Of a stretch of 64,000 nt of DNA, positions 12,419-24,539 are shown piece by piece (within the stretch, counting starts at the first letter, position 1; the number at the start of each line of letters is the position of its first letter). The stretch comes from Octopus vulgaris (lineage: Eukaryota), in the NCBI GenBank assembly GCA_951406725.2, contig OX597828.1, positions 930,001 to 994,000 of the forward strand, given 5' to 3'. The notes beneath the pieces are model-generated. The model saw only the letters and a program-made list of their open reading frames with translations, had not been told where the DNA came from and searched no databases. The translations under genes were made by a program, and so were the position numbers.

Positions 12419-12586
12419 TGATAATAATGATGATGAGATGGAATTTTAGCTATGTTCAACAGGATTAGTTGAAATACAATGGAAAGAAAAAGGAAGTTGA
12501 TGAGAGGGAAAAAAAAACATGGAGAAAGATGGAGGAGAAGATGAGAATTGTGAAAACAAATATGCTTTAGATGAAATCAATGAAAA

Positions 12587-13279
12587 TCATCTTCTCTTGG
12601 ATCTAATTCCTTTCCTTGGTGAGTTCTCAGGTGTGTTAGTCACTGATGAAATGGATTGGTAATTAAAATAGTTCCACAATTTTGCAAATTCTGAGGAATA
12701 CTTTGTGACAACAGCATAGTCTCTGATGATGGTCAAGTGTTCGTGGTTGACTGTGATTGCATCGGAAGTCCAGTTGAATGAGCCACTACACACGATTTTG
12801 TTGTCGATGATGACAAATTTGTGGTGCATGAGGTATTGTGTTTTATCAGTTCTGACAATTATACCTTGACTACGAAGTTTCCAAATCCACGAGTTGTTCA
12901 CATCTTCATACTCTCCATCAGTAATGAGTCTAATTGCGACTCCCATCGCGTTGAGTTTGATGAGGATGTCGATCAGATCGTGGCAGGAGATGATGTAGAC
13001 ACAGATGTCGATGGACTTCCGAGCTGAACACAACAACTGGAAGAGAAAACTCAGACTCGTCGGAGAACGAGAATAATGACAGGGGAAGCTTGTACAACCG
13101 GACTCGTCGGAAAAATGGGATTTGCAAGCAATTTGCTTATCGGGGAAGAATAGAACTTTGCTGCCAGGGAATCTCTTCCTTGATTTCCGCTTATTTCTCA
13201 CCTGCTTTATTAAATACAGGTAAAATATCGTCCCCGTTAGAACTCCCAAATAGAAAGACGTTGTCACGAACGTTGTCAT
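12587..13279 (-). CDS. PLD6: Mitochondrial cardiolipin hydrolase / Zucchini endonuclease (mitoPLD), single coding exon, about 230 aa
   Basis: Intact ORF: N-terminal hydrophobic anchor (FYLGVLTGTIFYLYLI) followed by a basic stretch, VLFFP, Cys/His zinc-wing region, ARKSIDICVY, and a single HKD motif MHHKFVIIDNKIVCSGSFNWT. Start placed at ATG 13279 (acaacATG); the ORF track extends to 13315 through low-complexity sequence. Confidence 0.93.
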   Translation of the reverse strand: MTTFVTTSFYLGVLTGTIFYLYLIKQVRNKRKSRKRFPGSKVLFFPDKQIACKSHFSDESGCTSFPCHYSRSPTSLSFLFQLLCSARKSIDICVYIISCHDLIDILIKLNAMGVAIRLITDGEYEDVNNSWIWKLRSQGIIVRTDKTQYLMHHKFVIIDNKIVCSGSFNWTSDAITVNHEHLTIIRDYAVVTKYSSEFAKLWNYFNYQSISSVTNTPENSPRKGIRSKRR

Positions 13280-13459
13280 GTTGTGGTGGTGTTTTACATA
13301 CAGATACATATACATATATTACCTATACAGATTTACATATATATGTGTGTGTGTATTAATTATGTAATGAGTATATACATGATGATGTTTGCATTTTAAC
13401 AATGAAAACAGTTGTAGGATTTAAAAAGAATTTATGAAAAATGTATAAAATCTTTACTT

Positions 13460-13465
13460 TTTATT
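13460..13465 (-). promoter_or_regulatory. Candidate AATAAA polyadenylation signal for SPRYD3
   Basis: The only canonical AATAAA I noticed on the minus strand between the SPRYD3 stop and the PLD6 ATG; the region is AT-rich so it may be chance. Confidence 0.3.
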
Positions 13466-14038
13466 ATTCTAAATATGTTGCTCTGAACATTCCTTTTACT
13501 CAATATATTTGCAAACTCATTCCATTTATGATTATTACATTGTAATAATATTATATTATATTATAATAATATTATATTGGAGTTTGGCAACATATTAATA
13601 AGTAAGCTCTTAAATTCAGTAGATATATTTTAGTGCTTAAGCACTAATTCAATATATAAATATTGTTCACACACACACACACACACACATACAGATATGC
13701 ATTTGTTAAAAGAAATCAAAGAGAAAAGAATGCAATACATACTGTACAGTTAATTATAGTTATAATGACAGTGAGAACTCTGGAATTTTCATAGTTGTTT
13801 ACTTTGAGTTTTGTGCTGTCCACTCATGAAAACTATTCATAAGCACCAATGCAAATCTCAGTCGAAACATCTGTGAAAAAATCTTACTCCTTCCACTGTT
13901 GTCATGTATATTTGTGTGTCTGTGTACATACACACACACATATACATGAGAGAGAGACACAAGCATACACACACATGCATACGCATGTACACTCACACAC
14001 ACTCACTCGCTCGCTCACACACACTTTTCTTCTTTTAA

Positions 14039-14173
14039 TTAGCCAGTTAATGGCCGTAAGTCCACTTTTACTTTTTCATCACTGCTCAACATGCCAATAG
14101 TTGGATAGAGACCATCCTTTGAAATTTTCATTTCCCGACTGCCAATTGTACGACCGTTTCTGGTGAAGAAGAC
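14039..14173 (-). CDS. SPRYD3: SPRY domain-containing protein 3, last coding exon
   Basis: VFFTRNGRTIGSREMKISKDGLYPTIGMLSSDEKVKVDLRPLTG* matches the SPRYD3 C-terminus as I recall it; polypyrimidine tract and cag acceptor at 14176-14174, phase 0. Confidence 0.9.
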   Translation of the reverse strand, partial: VFFTRNGRTIGSREMKISKDGLYPTIGMLSSDEKVKVDLRPLTG

Positions 14174-15779
14174 CTGACAAGAAGAAAAGGAATTGAGAAA
14201 TACGTAACTAGAAACAGTTTGCACTTCGAGAGAAAAGAAAAAAGAATGAAAATCTATTTGTAAAAACAGAAAAAGCATGAAAATCATTAAAAAATTTTGA
14301 TCAATAAATTTAATCTGTTTATTCAGAAACAATAAAAATTCTGTTGCAATCAAGCTTGTTCTTTTACTGGTTTTGAACATTGGAGTGTGCCGTAATGCAG
14401 CATTATTTTATTAACTCCAGTACTTGCATTTATTGACTTTGGAAAGAGGAAAAGCAAAGTTGGTTTGGTAGGACTTAAACTTATGTAAACAAATGCCCCA
14501 AAGTATTTCATCTTTAGCTCTACTTGTTCTGCCAACTGCTGTCCACTTCAAACCTGATGTAATGTTTTTGTGGTATGTATGTTCATTGCCTACCTACTAT
14601 GACCAACCACATAGTAGAATATTGATACTATCAGAATCTTAATCTATATTTATTATCTGTTTTTCTTTACTATCATGGGGTAGGCTGAATCTACTGTACA
14701 GTATATTGCTACTACTTTGTTTTCTGCTCTCTCTTCTGTGAGACCAGTACCCAGAGACCTGACTGATCTGACTACTTATGTTTTCCTGTCTGTTTCATCA
14801 CCCATTGGCATTGCATACTTATACTAGCAGAATCAGCTCTCTTGCTCACTTAGATTGTTTCATTTAATACCTAATCACTATCTCAGTTCACTAGTGCTCT
14901 GTCTTTCATGCAGGCAAACATTATATATTCAATGAATCATTTTCATCTCATTTAATCTCCAACCAGCCACTGCAGATCTACCATATTCAATGTCCATGTC
15001 TCACTACCATGCATTATTATGTTTCTTATATAAGTTTCAAAAAGTTTTGCTTTCACAACAGACACCCTATGTTACTAACAATGGAAACACCTTTCTGAAC
15101 AGCTTTTATTTCCGTATTCAAGCTACAGTACTTTTGCTGCAAAAAATTCCTGCACTGATTAGCTCACAATTAGTTTAGATAAATTAACAAATAATTTTGC
15201 TAATAAATTAACAAAGATCAACTCCTAGCATGCACCAACTTCTATTTTCAACTGATTCCTCTCTGCTTCTACTAATAACAACTTTTATGAAACCCCTTCT
15301 ACTCAGGCCAACCCAAACCACATGCCCCTGCTTTTCTGATCACACCATTTATATTTCACATCTCAGGTCTAGCATACACAGTTTCTGCATCCTTCCTCTC
15401 TAGAACTGTTATCTTCTAGAATTTCCATCCTTGGTTATGACCTTTTAACATACAGTAAACTACAGATGTTGAAACTTAATGCAAACTGCATAAAGGCTTG
15501 ATCAACTCTTTAGTGTACCATTCAAGGATGAAGAAAAATTCTGAAATGGAGTTTTGGGTAATGTTGGGGTTACTGCCAGCATTGAGCACGCTATAATTAA
15601 TGCAAGGAAGCCAGTCACTTGGGGTCTCTTTGAGGATTACATGTATATCCACATCGGAAAAGTATATTCCTAGTTAAGTATATGATTGACCTCCAATTTT
15701 GCAACTTTCAGCCAATCTGGTAGAAAGCAATGAGATTTGGTTGTAACTATCTGCACTACTCTGCTATTGCTGTACACTT

Positions 15780-16565
15780 GTATAATATCTAGGTGCCGGC
15801 GAAGAAGACAAGCATACTTTGCTGAAATTGTCTCTAATAATACTAAGTTGACTGAAATTGTATGTGTAGTGACTCTTTATGCAGTAAGGGTGGTCATGGA
15901 GTTAAGTTGATGGTACTTAATATCCATCAACAGCTGAACTGATGAAGGAAATCAGCATCCATGAGACAAGTAGTCTGCTGTTCCAGATTAAACATACAGA
16001 GGCTCTTGCTGAGGAAACAATGGACAATAATGGGGCTGACTCTTGCTACTTGTTTGAATGTAGAGGAGATTTCAGATAGATGATGTTCTGGAGAACAAGT
16101 ATTGTGAATAGTGGTTAATGCAGGGCAGGGGTGGGGTAAGGGTCGGACACATCCAAGGTGACAAGATGTGGAGAGAGAAGTGGGTCAGGGTGTGAGTGAT
16201 GGAGCTCCAAGGAACAAAGGTCATTACAATAGTGATAGAAAAGACAGGGAGGAGACAGAATGCCAGTGGCCAGAGTTGTCCATTGTAAATAGAGTGCCAA
16301 TTGGCTGAGTGGCCCTTCACTCAATATAACACAGGATGTCAGTGTGCATAGCAGCGGCACCCTCCTAGCTGTAGAAGCATTACTCCACTGAGCTTTGTTG
16401 AGTGTCAACAGCTGTTTGGGGCTAAAATGTCTTCTGGTCCTAAACAGAAGAATTTGGATGTGGTTTCTAGCTGTATTAAGGACAAGCTTTTGCCATGACA
16501 GACCATCAGTGATAATGAGAGCCAGCAGTAGAGACTGTGAGGGTACTAGCTGATTGGTATTCATG
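15780..16565 (-). mobile_element. Old non-LTR retrotransposon RT C-terminal fragment (CR1/Jockey group)
   Basis: LSWQKLVLNTARNHIQILLFRTRRHFSPKQLLTLNKAQ resembles the post-RT region of CR1/Jockey-group LINEs. Confidence 0.5.
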
Positions 16566-17082
16566 TTTAGAAGAGATTCCTTTCATTATTCTATCTATTT
16601 CATTACCATGTAAACATAGTTTTTGTCTTCCTGGGTCTTAAAACAAACTCATGTTCCTTCCTGCACATTCACTATTCGTTACCTATTCATTTATTCAAAT
16701 TTGTCACATCGTCACATATTTCTCTAATTTTGTCACAGATTGGCTGACCAAAAATTCTAAGATTTTTCAATTCTATTTCACTATTATCAGCAATTGCTGT
16801 TTCATTAAATTATGTTACCCAAAATCCCAAAAGAATATTTTTCTCCCTCGTGTTCTATCCCTGACCACCCTAACTCTGGCATCCTCTCTCTCTGTTTCAA
16901 TTACCACTTGCTTCGCCAACACTTCCCCCTCTTCCACCACCCCACCCTATATAAACTAGTGCACACACTACTCCATTTTAATAACTCCCCCAAAAAAATA
17001 TGAATCCAGAAGATGAAATTTTGCTATTTCACACTATACCCGCCCTCCTGCCCCTACCACCTGTATCGGAAGCCCCTATCCT

Positions 17083-18443
17083 CTAACTGGGAAGATAGTT
17101 TTTTGTATGTAGCAGATGCTCAGGAGCAATAAACACTGAAAATGTACAGAGGACAACTTCCGCCACATTCCAGGGAGAAAAACTACAAGTAGTTGATAGC
17201 TTCCGTTACCTAGGTGACCAAGTCAGTAGAGGGGGAGGGTGCACTGAAAGTGTAGCTGCTAGAATAAGAATAGCTTGGGCAAAGTTCAGAGAGCTCTTAC
17301 CTCTGCTAGTGATAAAGGGCCTCTCACTCAGAGTAAAAGGCAGACTGTATGACGCATGTGTACGAACAGCCATGCTACATGGCAGTGAAACATGGGCCGT
17401 GACTGCTGAGGACATGCGTAAGCTCGCAAGGAATGAAGCCAGTATGCTCCAATGGATGTGTAATGTCAGTGTGCATACTCGACGGAGTGTAAGTACCTTG
17501 AGAGAAAAGTTGGACCTAAGAAGCATCAGATATGGTGTGCAAGAGAGACTACTGCGCTGGTATGGTCATGTGGCAAGAATGGATGTGGATAGCTGTGTGA
17601 AAAAGTGCCACACCCTAGCAGTTGAGGGAACCTGTGGAAGATGTAGACCCAGGAAGACCTGAGATGAAGTGGTGAAGCACAACCTTCGAACTTTAGGCCT
17701 CACCAAGGAAATGACTACTGACCAAGACCTTTGGAAATATGCTGTGCTTGAGAAGACCCGGCAAGCCAAATGAGACCATAACCTCGTGATCTATGCCAGG
17801 GGCATAACCAGCCCACTTATGCATACCTTTTCCTTCTTTGGACACTAAACTCTGCTTGCGAAGACCAGTTGAGGCAAGTGAAATCCAAATCAAATCAAAA
17901 TCAAATTCGATGACTGGCGTCCGTGCTGGCGGGGTGCAAAGAGCACCATACAAGTGTGATCGCTGACAGAGCAGCTAACCGGCTTCCATGCCAGTTGCAC
18001 ATAAAAGGCACCATTCGAGTGTGATCGTTACCAGCATCGCCTTACTGGCACTTGAGCCCTGTGCTAGTAGGGTGCTAAGAGCACCATCCAAGCATGATCG
18101 TTGCCAGAGTGGCTAACGGGCTTCCGTGCCAGTGGCAGATAAAAGGCACCATTTGAGCATGATCGTTACCAGCATCACCTTACTGGCACCTGTGCTGGTG
18201 GCATGTGTAAAAAGATTCGAGTGAGGTTGTTGCCAGTACAGCCTGACTGGCCTCCATGCCGGTGGCACGTAAAAGCACCCACTACAGTCTCGGAATTGTT
18301 GGCGTTAGGAAAGGGCATCCAGCTGTAGAAACTCTGCCAGATCAAGATTGGAGCCTGGTGCAGCCATCTGGTTCGCCAGCCCTCAGTCAAATCATCCAAC
18401 CCATGCTAGCATGGAAAGCGGACGTTAAACGATGATGGTGATG
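17083..18443 (+). mobile_element. RTE-clade LINE 3' portion
   Basis: GLSLRVKGRLYDACVRTAMLHGSETW...LRWYGHVARM, 3' UTR repeats, terminal palindrome and GAT tail. Confidence 0.9.
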
Positions 18444-20505
18444 AATGGGAGAAAGAGAGTCTGCTGAATGCTGACCCAACAGAGGGACCAGCTATCCAAA
18501 TTGACAGTACCTCAGTAGATAAAGCAATTAAGAGTGTGAAGACAGGGAAAGCCCCCGGCCCATCAGGAATCGCCACAGAGATGCTCAAAATATCTGGTGG
18601 TGTTGGCTATAGCCTAGTCACCAGTATAGTCAACCAAGTGATACATGAAGGAGTCATACCCCAATGACTGGTGTAACAGCACCATAGTCAACTGCTACAA
18701 AAGTGAAGGTGACACATTAGATATAAATAATTACTGAGGCATCAAGTTGTTGGATCAGGTAATGAAGGTCACGGAGAAGGTCATAACCCAACTAATTAGG
18801 GAGAGAGTCAGTCTAGATGAGATGCAGTTTGGGTTTGTGCCAGAGAAAAGCACCACTGATGCTTTATTTCTGGTAAGACAGCTGCAAGAGAAATATCCAG
18901 CAAAAGATAAGCCTCTGTACCTAGCTTTCGTTGACATGGAGGAAGCTTTTGACAGGGTCCCCTGATCTCTTATCTGGTGGTCAATGAGGAAACGAGAGAT
19001 AGATGAATGGTTAGAGAAGTTTCAGGTGTGGAAGATTAGAATTGGAGGGCCTTAGAATCAACCTAGCTAAAACCAAAGTTCACAAATCCCTTCAGGTAGA
19101 TGGCCCTGATCAATCTGTAGAAAAGGCATAGGTAGAAACTCCATAAGATGTACCCAGTGTAAGCTATGGACACATAAGAGGTGCAGTAATATCAAAGGGA
19201 GGCCAACGGGGAAGATAGTTTTTGTATGTGGCAGATGCTCGGGAGCAATAAACACTGAAAATGCACAGAGAACAGCTTCCATCACATTCCAGGGAGAAAA
19301 ACTACAAGTAGTTGATAGCTTCCGTTACCTATGTGACCAAGTCAGTAGTGGGGGTGAATCCTCTGAAAGTGTAGCTGCTAGAGTAAGGATAGCTTGGGCA
19401 AAGTTCAGAGAGCTCCTACCTCTGTGGGTGACAAAAAGCCTCTCGCTCAGAGTAAAAGCTAGACTGTATGATGCATGTGTACAAACAGCCATGCTACATG
19501 GTAGTGAAAAATGGGCTGTGACTGCTGAGGACATGAATAAGTTTGCAAGGAATGAAGCCAGTATGCTCCACTGGATGAGTAATGTCAATGTGCATACACA
19601 ACTGAGTGTAAATGCACTGAGAGAAAAGTTGGACCTAAGAAGCATCAGATGTGTCGTGCAAGAAAGACGACTGTGCTGGTATGGTCATGTGTTGCGAATG
19701 GATGAGGATAGCTGTGTGAAAAAATGTCACACCCTAGCAGTTGAGGGAACCTGCAGAAGAGATAGACCCAGGAAGACCTGGGATGAGGTGTTGAAGCATG
19801 ACCTTCAAATATTGGGCCTCACCAAGGCAATAAAAGTGACTGAGACCTTTGGAGATATGCTGTGCTTGAGAAGACCCGACAAGCCAAGTGAGACCATGGC
19901 CCATGGCCTATGTCAGTGGGTGTAACCGGCCCACTTATGAGTACCCCTTATTTGTTCATTGGACAATGAACTTTGCTTGTGAAGACCTATTGAGGTAAGC
20001 GAAAACAAATCAAAATCTCTGACATGACCAATGACAGTACCGCCTGATCGGCACTCATTCTAGTAGAATGTTAAAAGCACATCCGAGTGTGATCGTTGCC
20101 AGGGTCACAGATTGGCTCCCGTGCTGGTGGCACGTGTAAAGCACCATTCGAGCATGATCATTGCTGGAGTCACCCTACTAGCACATGTGCCAGTGGCATG
20201 TGAAAAACAACATTCAAGCGTGGTCGTTGCCAATGCCGCCGGACTGGCTTCCATGCAGATAGCAAGTAAAAAACACCTTTTGAGCATGGTGGTTGCCAGA
20301 ACCACCTGACTGACCCTTGTGCCAGTGTCATGTAAAAGCACCCACTACACTCTCAGAGTGGTTGGTGTTAGGAAGGGCTTCAATTTGTAGAAACTTTGCC
20401 AGATCAGATTGAGCCTGGTGCAGCCTCTGGCCTACCAGTCCTCAGTCAAACCATCCAACCCATGCCAGCATGGAAAGCGGATGTTAAACGATGATGATGA
20501 TGATG
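18444..20505 (+). mobile_element. RTE-clade LINE, 5'-truncated with an internal deletion, directly after the previous copy
   Basis: Begins at the EWEKESL segment (compare 7231); RT motifs with the YADD region deleted near 19013; PHD remnant; (GAT)n tail at about 20490-20505. Confidence 0.9.
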
Positions 20506-20724
20506 AAAGAAAATGGTTGGCATGGCCCCAGTGGAGGGTGCTCTTAAGGATTGTGTTTATAGAATCAATGCAGGTTGATTTTTCTGATACTGAATGAATA
20601 ATACAAAAAAACAATAGTATGTCTGAACAAACCTTGCTTAATGTAGTCAAAACTGGGCTCCACAGATTTCCATTGTCTAAAATTTCTGATAGGGTAAAAT
20701 GTCTCATTTGCTAAAATAATTTAC

Positions 20725-21090
20725 ATGCTTCTCAACCACATGGTTCAGGGTTCAGTCCCACTGCCTGTGTGGCACCTTAGGAAGTGTCTTCAACTATAAG
20801 CTTTTGTCAACCAAAGCCTTGTGAGTGGATTTGGTAGATGGGAACTGAAAGAAGCCCATTGTATATATGCCTATGTGTCTGTGTTTGTCCCCCATCCCTA
20901 CTGCTTGACAACTAGTGTTACAGTGCTCATATCCTCATAACTTTGTGGTTCATCAAAAGAAGACCAAGAGAATAAGTACCAGGCTTTAAAAAAATAAGTC
21001 CTGGGGTCCGTACATTCAACTTAAAATTCCTCAAGGTGGTGACCCCGCATGGTCGCAGTCTAATGACTGAAAGAAGTAAAAGATAAAAGG
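20725..21090 (+). mobile_element. tRNA-derived SINE family 1, decayed
   Basis: gggttcagtcccactg B-box, body and tail match 23269-23697. Confidence 0.8.
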
Positions 21091-22329
21091 TAAAAGAACA
21101 TATGACAATAGCAAAACTCAAAATATATACATGAGATCACTACAACTTTCAATTTGTCTTGTGAGGATTAGTTGGATCCCTACCAGACTTTCTGAGCTTT
21201 GTTTTGTAAACAGAAAAAAAAGCTATTTGCAACACAGGTTTCCACAATCATTACAACAGAGAAACTCACACAGATGTTTCCTGGCATGACCACTGAAATT
21301 GCCACCTATAATAATGATATCTGTGTAATCAATTCTTTTTATAACCAGCACAAGGACTTTAGAAAGTTGGAAGTGTGTGTATGTATGTCTGTGAATGCAT
21401 GTGTGTGTGTGTGCATGCATATGTGTGTGTGTGTGTATGTATCCATGCATATTTACATACGTAAGCAAGCATGCTTGTACACTATGTACTATCAATTGAC
21501 TTTTCAGGAAAAAATATATTTGAATGGTTTCTTGTTGCTCTCTCTCTAGGTATGCATAGAACCTAATAATATAGACCTAAATAAACTGAAATACCCATAA
21601 AAAGATTTAGCTTGAAATGGAACTCTGTTAAAAATTCTAGTGCGACATTTGAAAATGGAAAAACTCATGGTGTTAGAGTTACAATAACTCTTCCAGTTTG
21701 CAACTAAATAATTTGTCTTTAACTCCTTTTCACATAAAAATTGATCCCAATTTATTTTTCCCAACAAGATGTTTATATTTAGAGATTGAAGTTTCAAGGG
21801 TCAACCTCAGTGAGTTCTGATAAAAATTATCTTTCTGACAGTTGTTATTCTGTATCCTTAAAAATTTCATATTCAAACTTTATTTATAAAAAACTTTCTG
21901 ATCTACACTAGTGGGCTGGCAGGGTCCCTTTTTAAAGTTATGCAACTTTTACATTTTTTATCTAAATGATTTTATATCTCATGATTTTTATTGTCAATAG
22001 TTTATGTATGCACACACACACATTTTGAGTTTAGAATTTCCAGTCATATGGACATTATAGCATAAAATATTGTCATTGGGAGCCAACTGGACCCCACTGG
22101 CCTTCTGTGAAATTATTTTTTTCTGTTTTTTTTTCAGACATTCTGATGAACTATAAGTCAATTTTCTTCATATTTGTACTGGTATGAATCGATATACTAA
22201 ATAATTATGTTTTATTTTATATTTAGTGCAATATGTATAGTTCATAAAACTATGAAAAAGTGCTAAATTTCTTGTTCTGTATCATGCACTCAAACATATA
22301 TGAAAATAAAGTTCAGTGGTACTATTTAC

Positions 22330-22502
22330 CCGAACACAAGTTTCTGAATGTTGTTTTTCCCATATCTCGTTGTCTTCAGAACTACTATCACTGAAATCAG
22401 CCAAATCTGTGACATCTTCAGGAGAGTTTGATACAGAGCCCTGACTGTCTAGGTCCACAGTGTAATCCCGAGGAAATGAAATACCACAGCCCATTCGGTC
22501 AC
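22330..22502 (-). CDS. SPRYD3: SPRY domain-containing protein 3, penultimate coding exon
   Basis: (G)DRMGCGISFPRDYTVDLDS...EKQHSETCVR; tttcag acceptor ending at 22503 and GTAAAT donor at 22329; joins in phase 0 to the 14173 exon across an intron of about 8.2 kb. Confidence 0.88.
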
Positions 22503-22790
22503 CTGAAATTAAACCAATCAGTAAATTAAATTCATAACTTGCATTTTTTAATGCATCACCTCACTTTCTGTTTCATTTTGTATGATATCCCTCCCCTCTG
22601 TTAGGAGGCACAAGCACTTATACACACACATGTACAAACATGATGGAAACTTCCACCTACCAAATTTAATCACAGGGCTTCGGTTGGCATGTGGCTATAG
22701 CAGGAGACACTTGCCCAAGGTGCCATACAATGGGACTGAACCCAAAACCATGTAGTTGAGAAACAAGCTTCCTAACTACACAGCAATGCC

Positions 22791-22824
<34 letters not shown>

Positions 22825-23120
22825 GTAAGAGGTGGGATATAAATATCCAGGGAGATAACACATTAATCTATGTAAAGTGCCATGGCCAGTTTCTTCTGAT
22901 GGTCCATTTTAAGGTATATTTCCTAAAAATTACCATCTGATGCTACAGTTTGTCTCCTAGCTACTTAGAGTGTAAAATCACAATACTGATAAAGAAAACA
23001 AGAATTTGAACACCTAGACTTTCTACTTGGTTCATTCATAATAATTGTCAGATATGTGTCAATTGCAAATTGCTGCATATTTCTTTGCAGGGATTTATAC
23101 TGCATAATTTGTACGATCTC

Positions 23121-23438
23121 TTCAGGGTGAATAAATATGTAATTGTTCAAGGAGTAATTTTCCCTGTTATTAGTTTGAATCAGGCTTGGTAGTGGTTGCA
23201 GTAAATCATGTTGTTCAATGATGAACTGCTATTCACAACTGATTCTTTGTGTAAAAATCTGGTAGTATAGGCGTAGGAGTGGCTGTGTGGTAAGTAGCTT
23301 GCTTACCAACCACATGGTCCCGGGTTCAGTCCCACTGCGTGGCACCTTGAGCAAGTGTCTTCTACTATAGCATCAGGCCGACCAAAGCCTGGTGAGTGGA
23401 TTTGGTAGAAGGAAACTGAAAGAAACCTGTCGTATATA

Positions 23439-23493
<55 letters not shown>

Positions 23494-24180
23494 GTATATG
23501 TTTGTCCCCCCAACATCGCTTGACAACTGATGCTGGTGTATTTACGTCCCCGTAACTTAGCAGTTCAGCGAAAGAGACTGATAGACTAAGTACTAGGCTT
23601 AGAAAGAATAAGTCCTGGGGTCGATTTGTTTGACTAAAAGACAGTGCTCCAGCATGGCCACAGTCAAATGTCTGAAATAAGTAAAGAAGTAAAAGAGTAG
23701 CACCAGCAGCAGTCTTTGTAGATGTTGACAAATTTTACTGGACTGTAGGAGAGTGGTTATTTATAGAACACTTTTCCTTTGAATTATTCTACATTCCTTA
23801 TAGTCACACTGTATTTCAAATAGATTTCAGAGTTGGTTGCTCTGAATTGTGATAGAAATAGTAGTGGGTCATTACAGGTCAGTATGTACTATGTGGTTAA
23901 TAAAATGAAGTAGTTAATTGTAAATTTTATAATACTTTTTTGAATTTAAATTACAATTATTGTTTTAAAGAGTTGAATGGCTAGAATTACATGGTTCTTG
24001 CATTCTATTATTCGTATTTTTTTAAAAAATAAGACATTTGTGCAAGCAATTAAAACTTTGAAATAAATATTTGGTATAATAATTCTAGGCTTTAATTTGC
24101 TACAACCACTACCAAACCTGATTCAAACTAATAACATGGAAAATTACTCCTTGAACAAGGACATATTTATTCACCCTGAA
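23121..24180. mobile_element. Putative MITE or foldback element with inverted repeats of about 86 bp
   Basis: 23121-23206 is the imperfect reverse complement of 24095-24180; the interior is non-coding and interrupted by a SINE. Confidence 0.65.
23269..23697 (+). mobile_element. tRNA-derived SINE family 1, full length
   Basis: A-box-like tggctgtgtgg, B-box ggttcagtccc, internal (TA)/(TG) tract, tail cagcatggccacagtcaaatgtctgaaa plus A-rich repeats. Confidence 0.88.
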
Positions 24181-24539
24181 TATTTTGAATCGTTTTGGGT
24201 TTGAAATTATTATTATTGTTGTTGAAATATAATTATTTATTTATAGTTTCTTGATAGTTATTTTGGATCTTTTCCTTTTGATGGACGGAATTTTCTAGTT
24301 AACTAAACAATTCGAAACTTCGTATACTGGTAGAATGTGTCAAAAGAAAACATTATTGTAAACAAAATTGAAAACAAAATTGTAATTTAGGCATATTATT
24401 GTTTTGTTTTTGTTGTTTCTGGCCCTTCAAAACCATGGGAGAAGCCTTTTCGGTAAAAAAAAATAAAGAAAATATTCAAAAAATATCGTTAATATTTTTA
24501 TTGGGCAACGAAATTCATCGATTTAAGAGATATAGCTGT

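Noticed and set aside
13280-13315. Upstream in-frame ATGs extending PLD6 (MYMYLYVKHHHN)
   Set aside because: They fall in TA/TG low-complexity sequence, and ATG 13279 puts the membrane anchor at the N-terminus as expected; not formally excluded.
14174-14380. N-terminal part of ORF 14039..14380
   Set aside because: Intronic sequence read in frame upstream of the acceptor; only 14173-14039 resembles SPRYD3.
15938-15980. CTGATGA-agga...tcc-at-GAGAC..GTC hammerhead-like string
   Set aside because: GAAA is replaced by GAGA and no stem I can form.
14900-17080. Possible ancient Penelope-like RT remnants on the + strand around the LINE fragment
   Set aside because: Only faint peptide resemblance; too decayed to support without a profile search.
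22143-22260. CTGATGA followed by an actata/tatagt stem
   Set aside because: No GAAA directly after the stem and no NUH with stem I.
23269-23345. tRNA gene
   Set aside because: The A and B boxes belong to a multi-copy SINE head continuous with SINE body; no full cloverleaf is evident.
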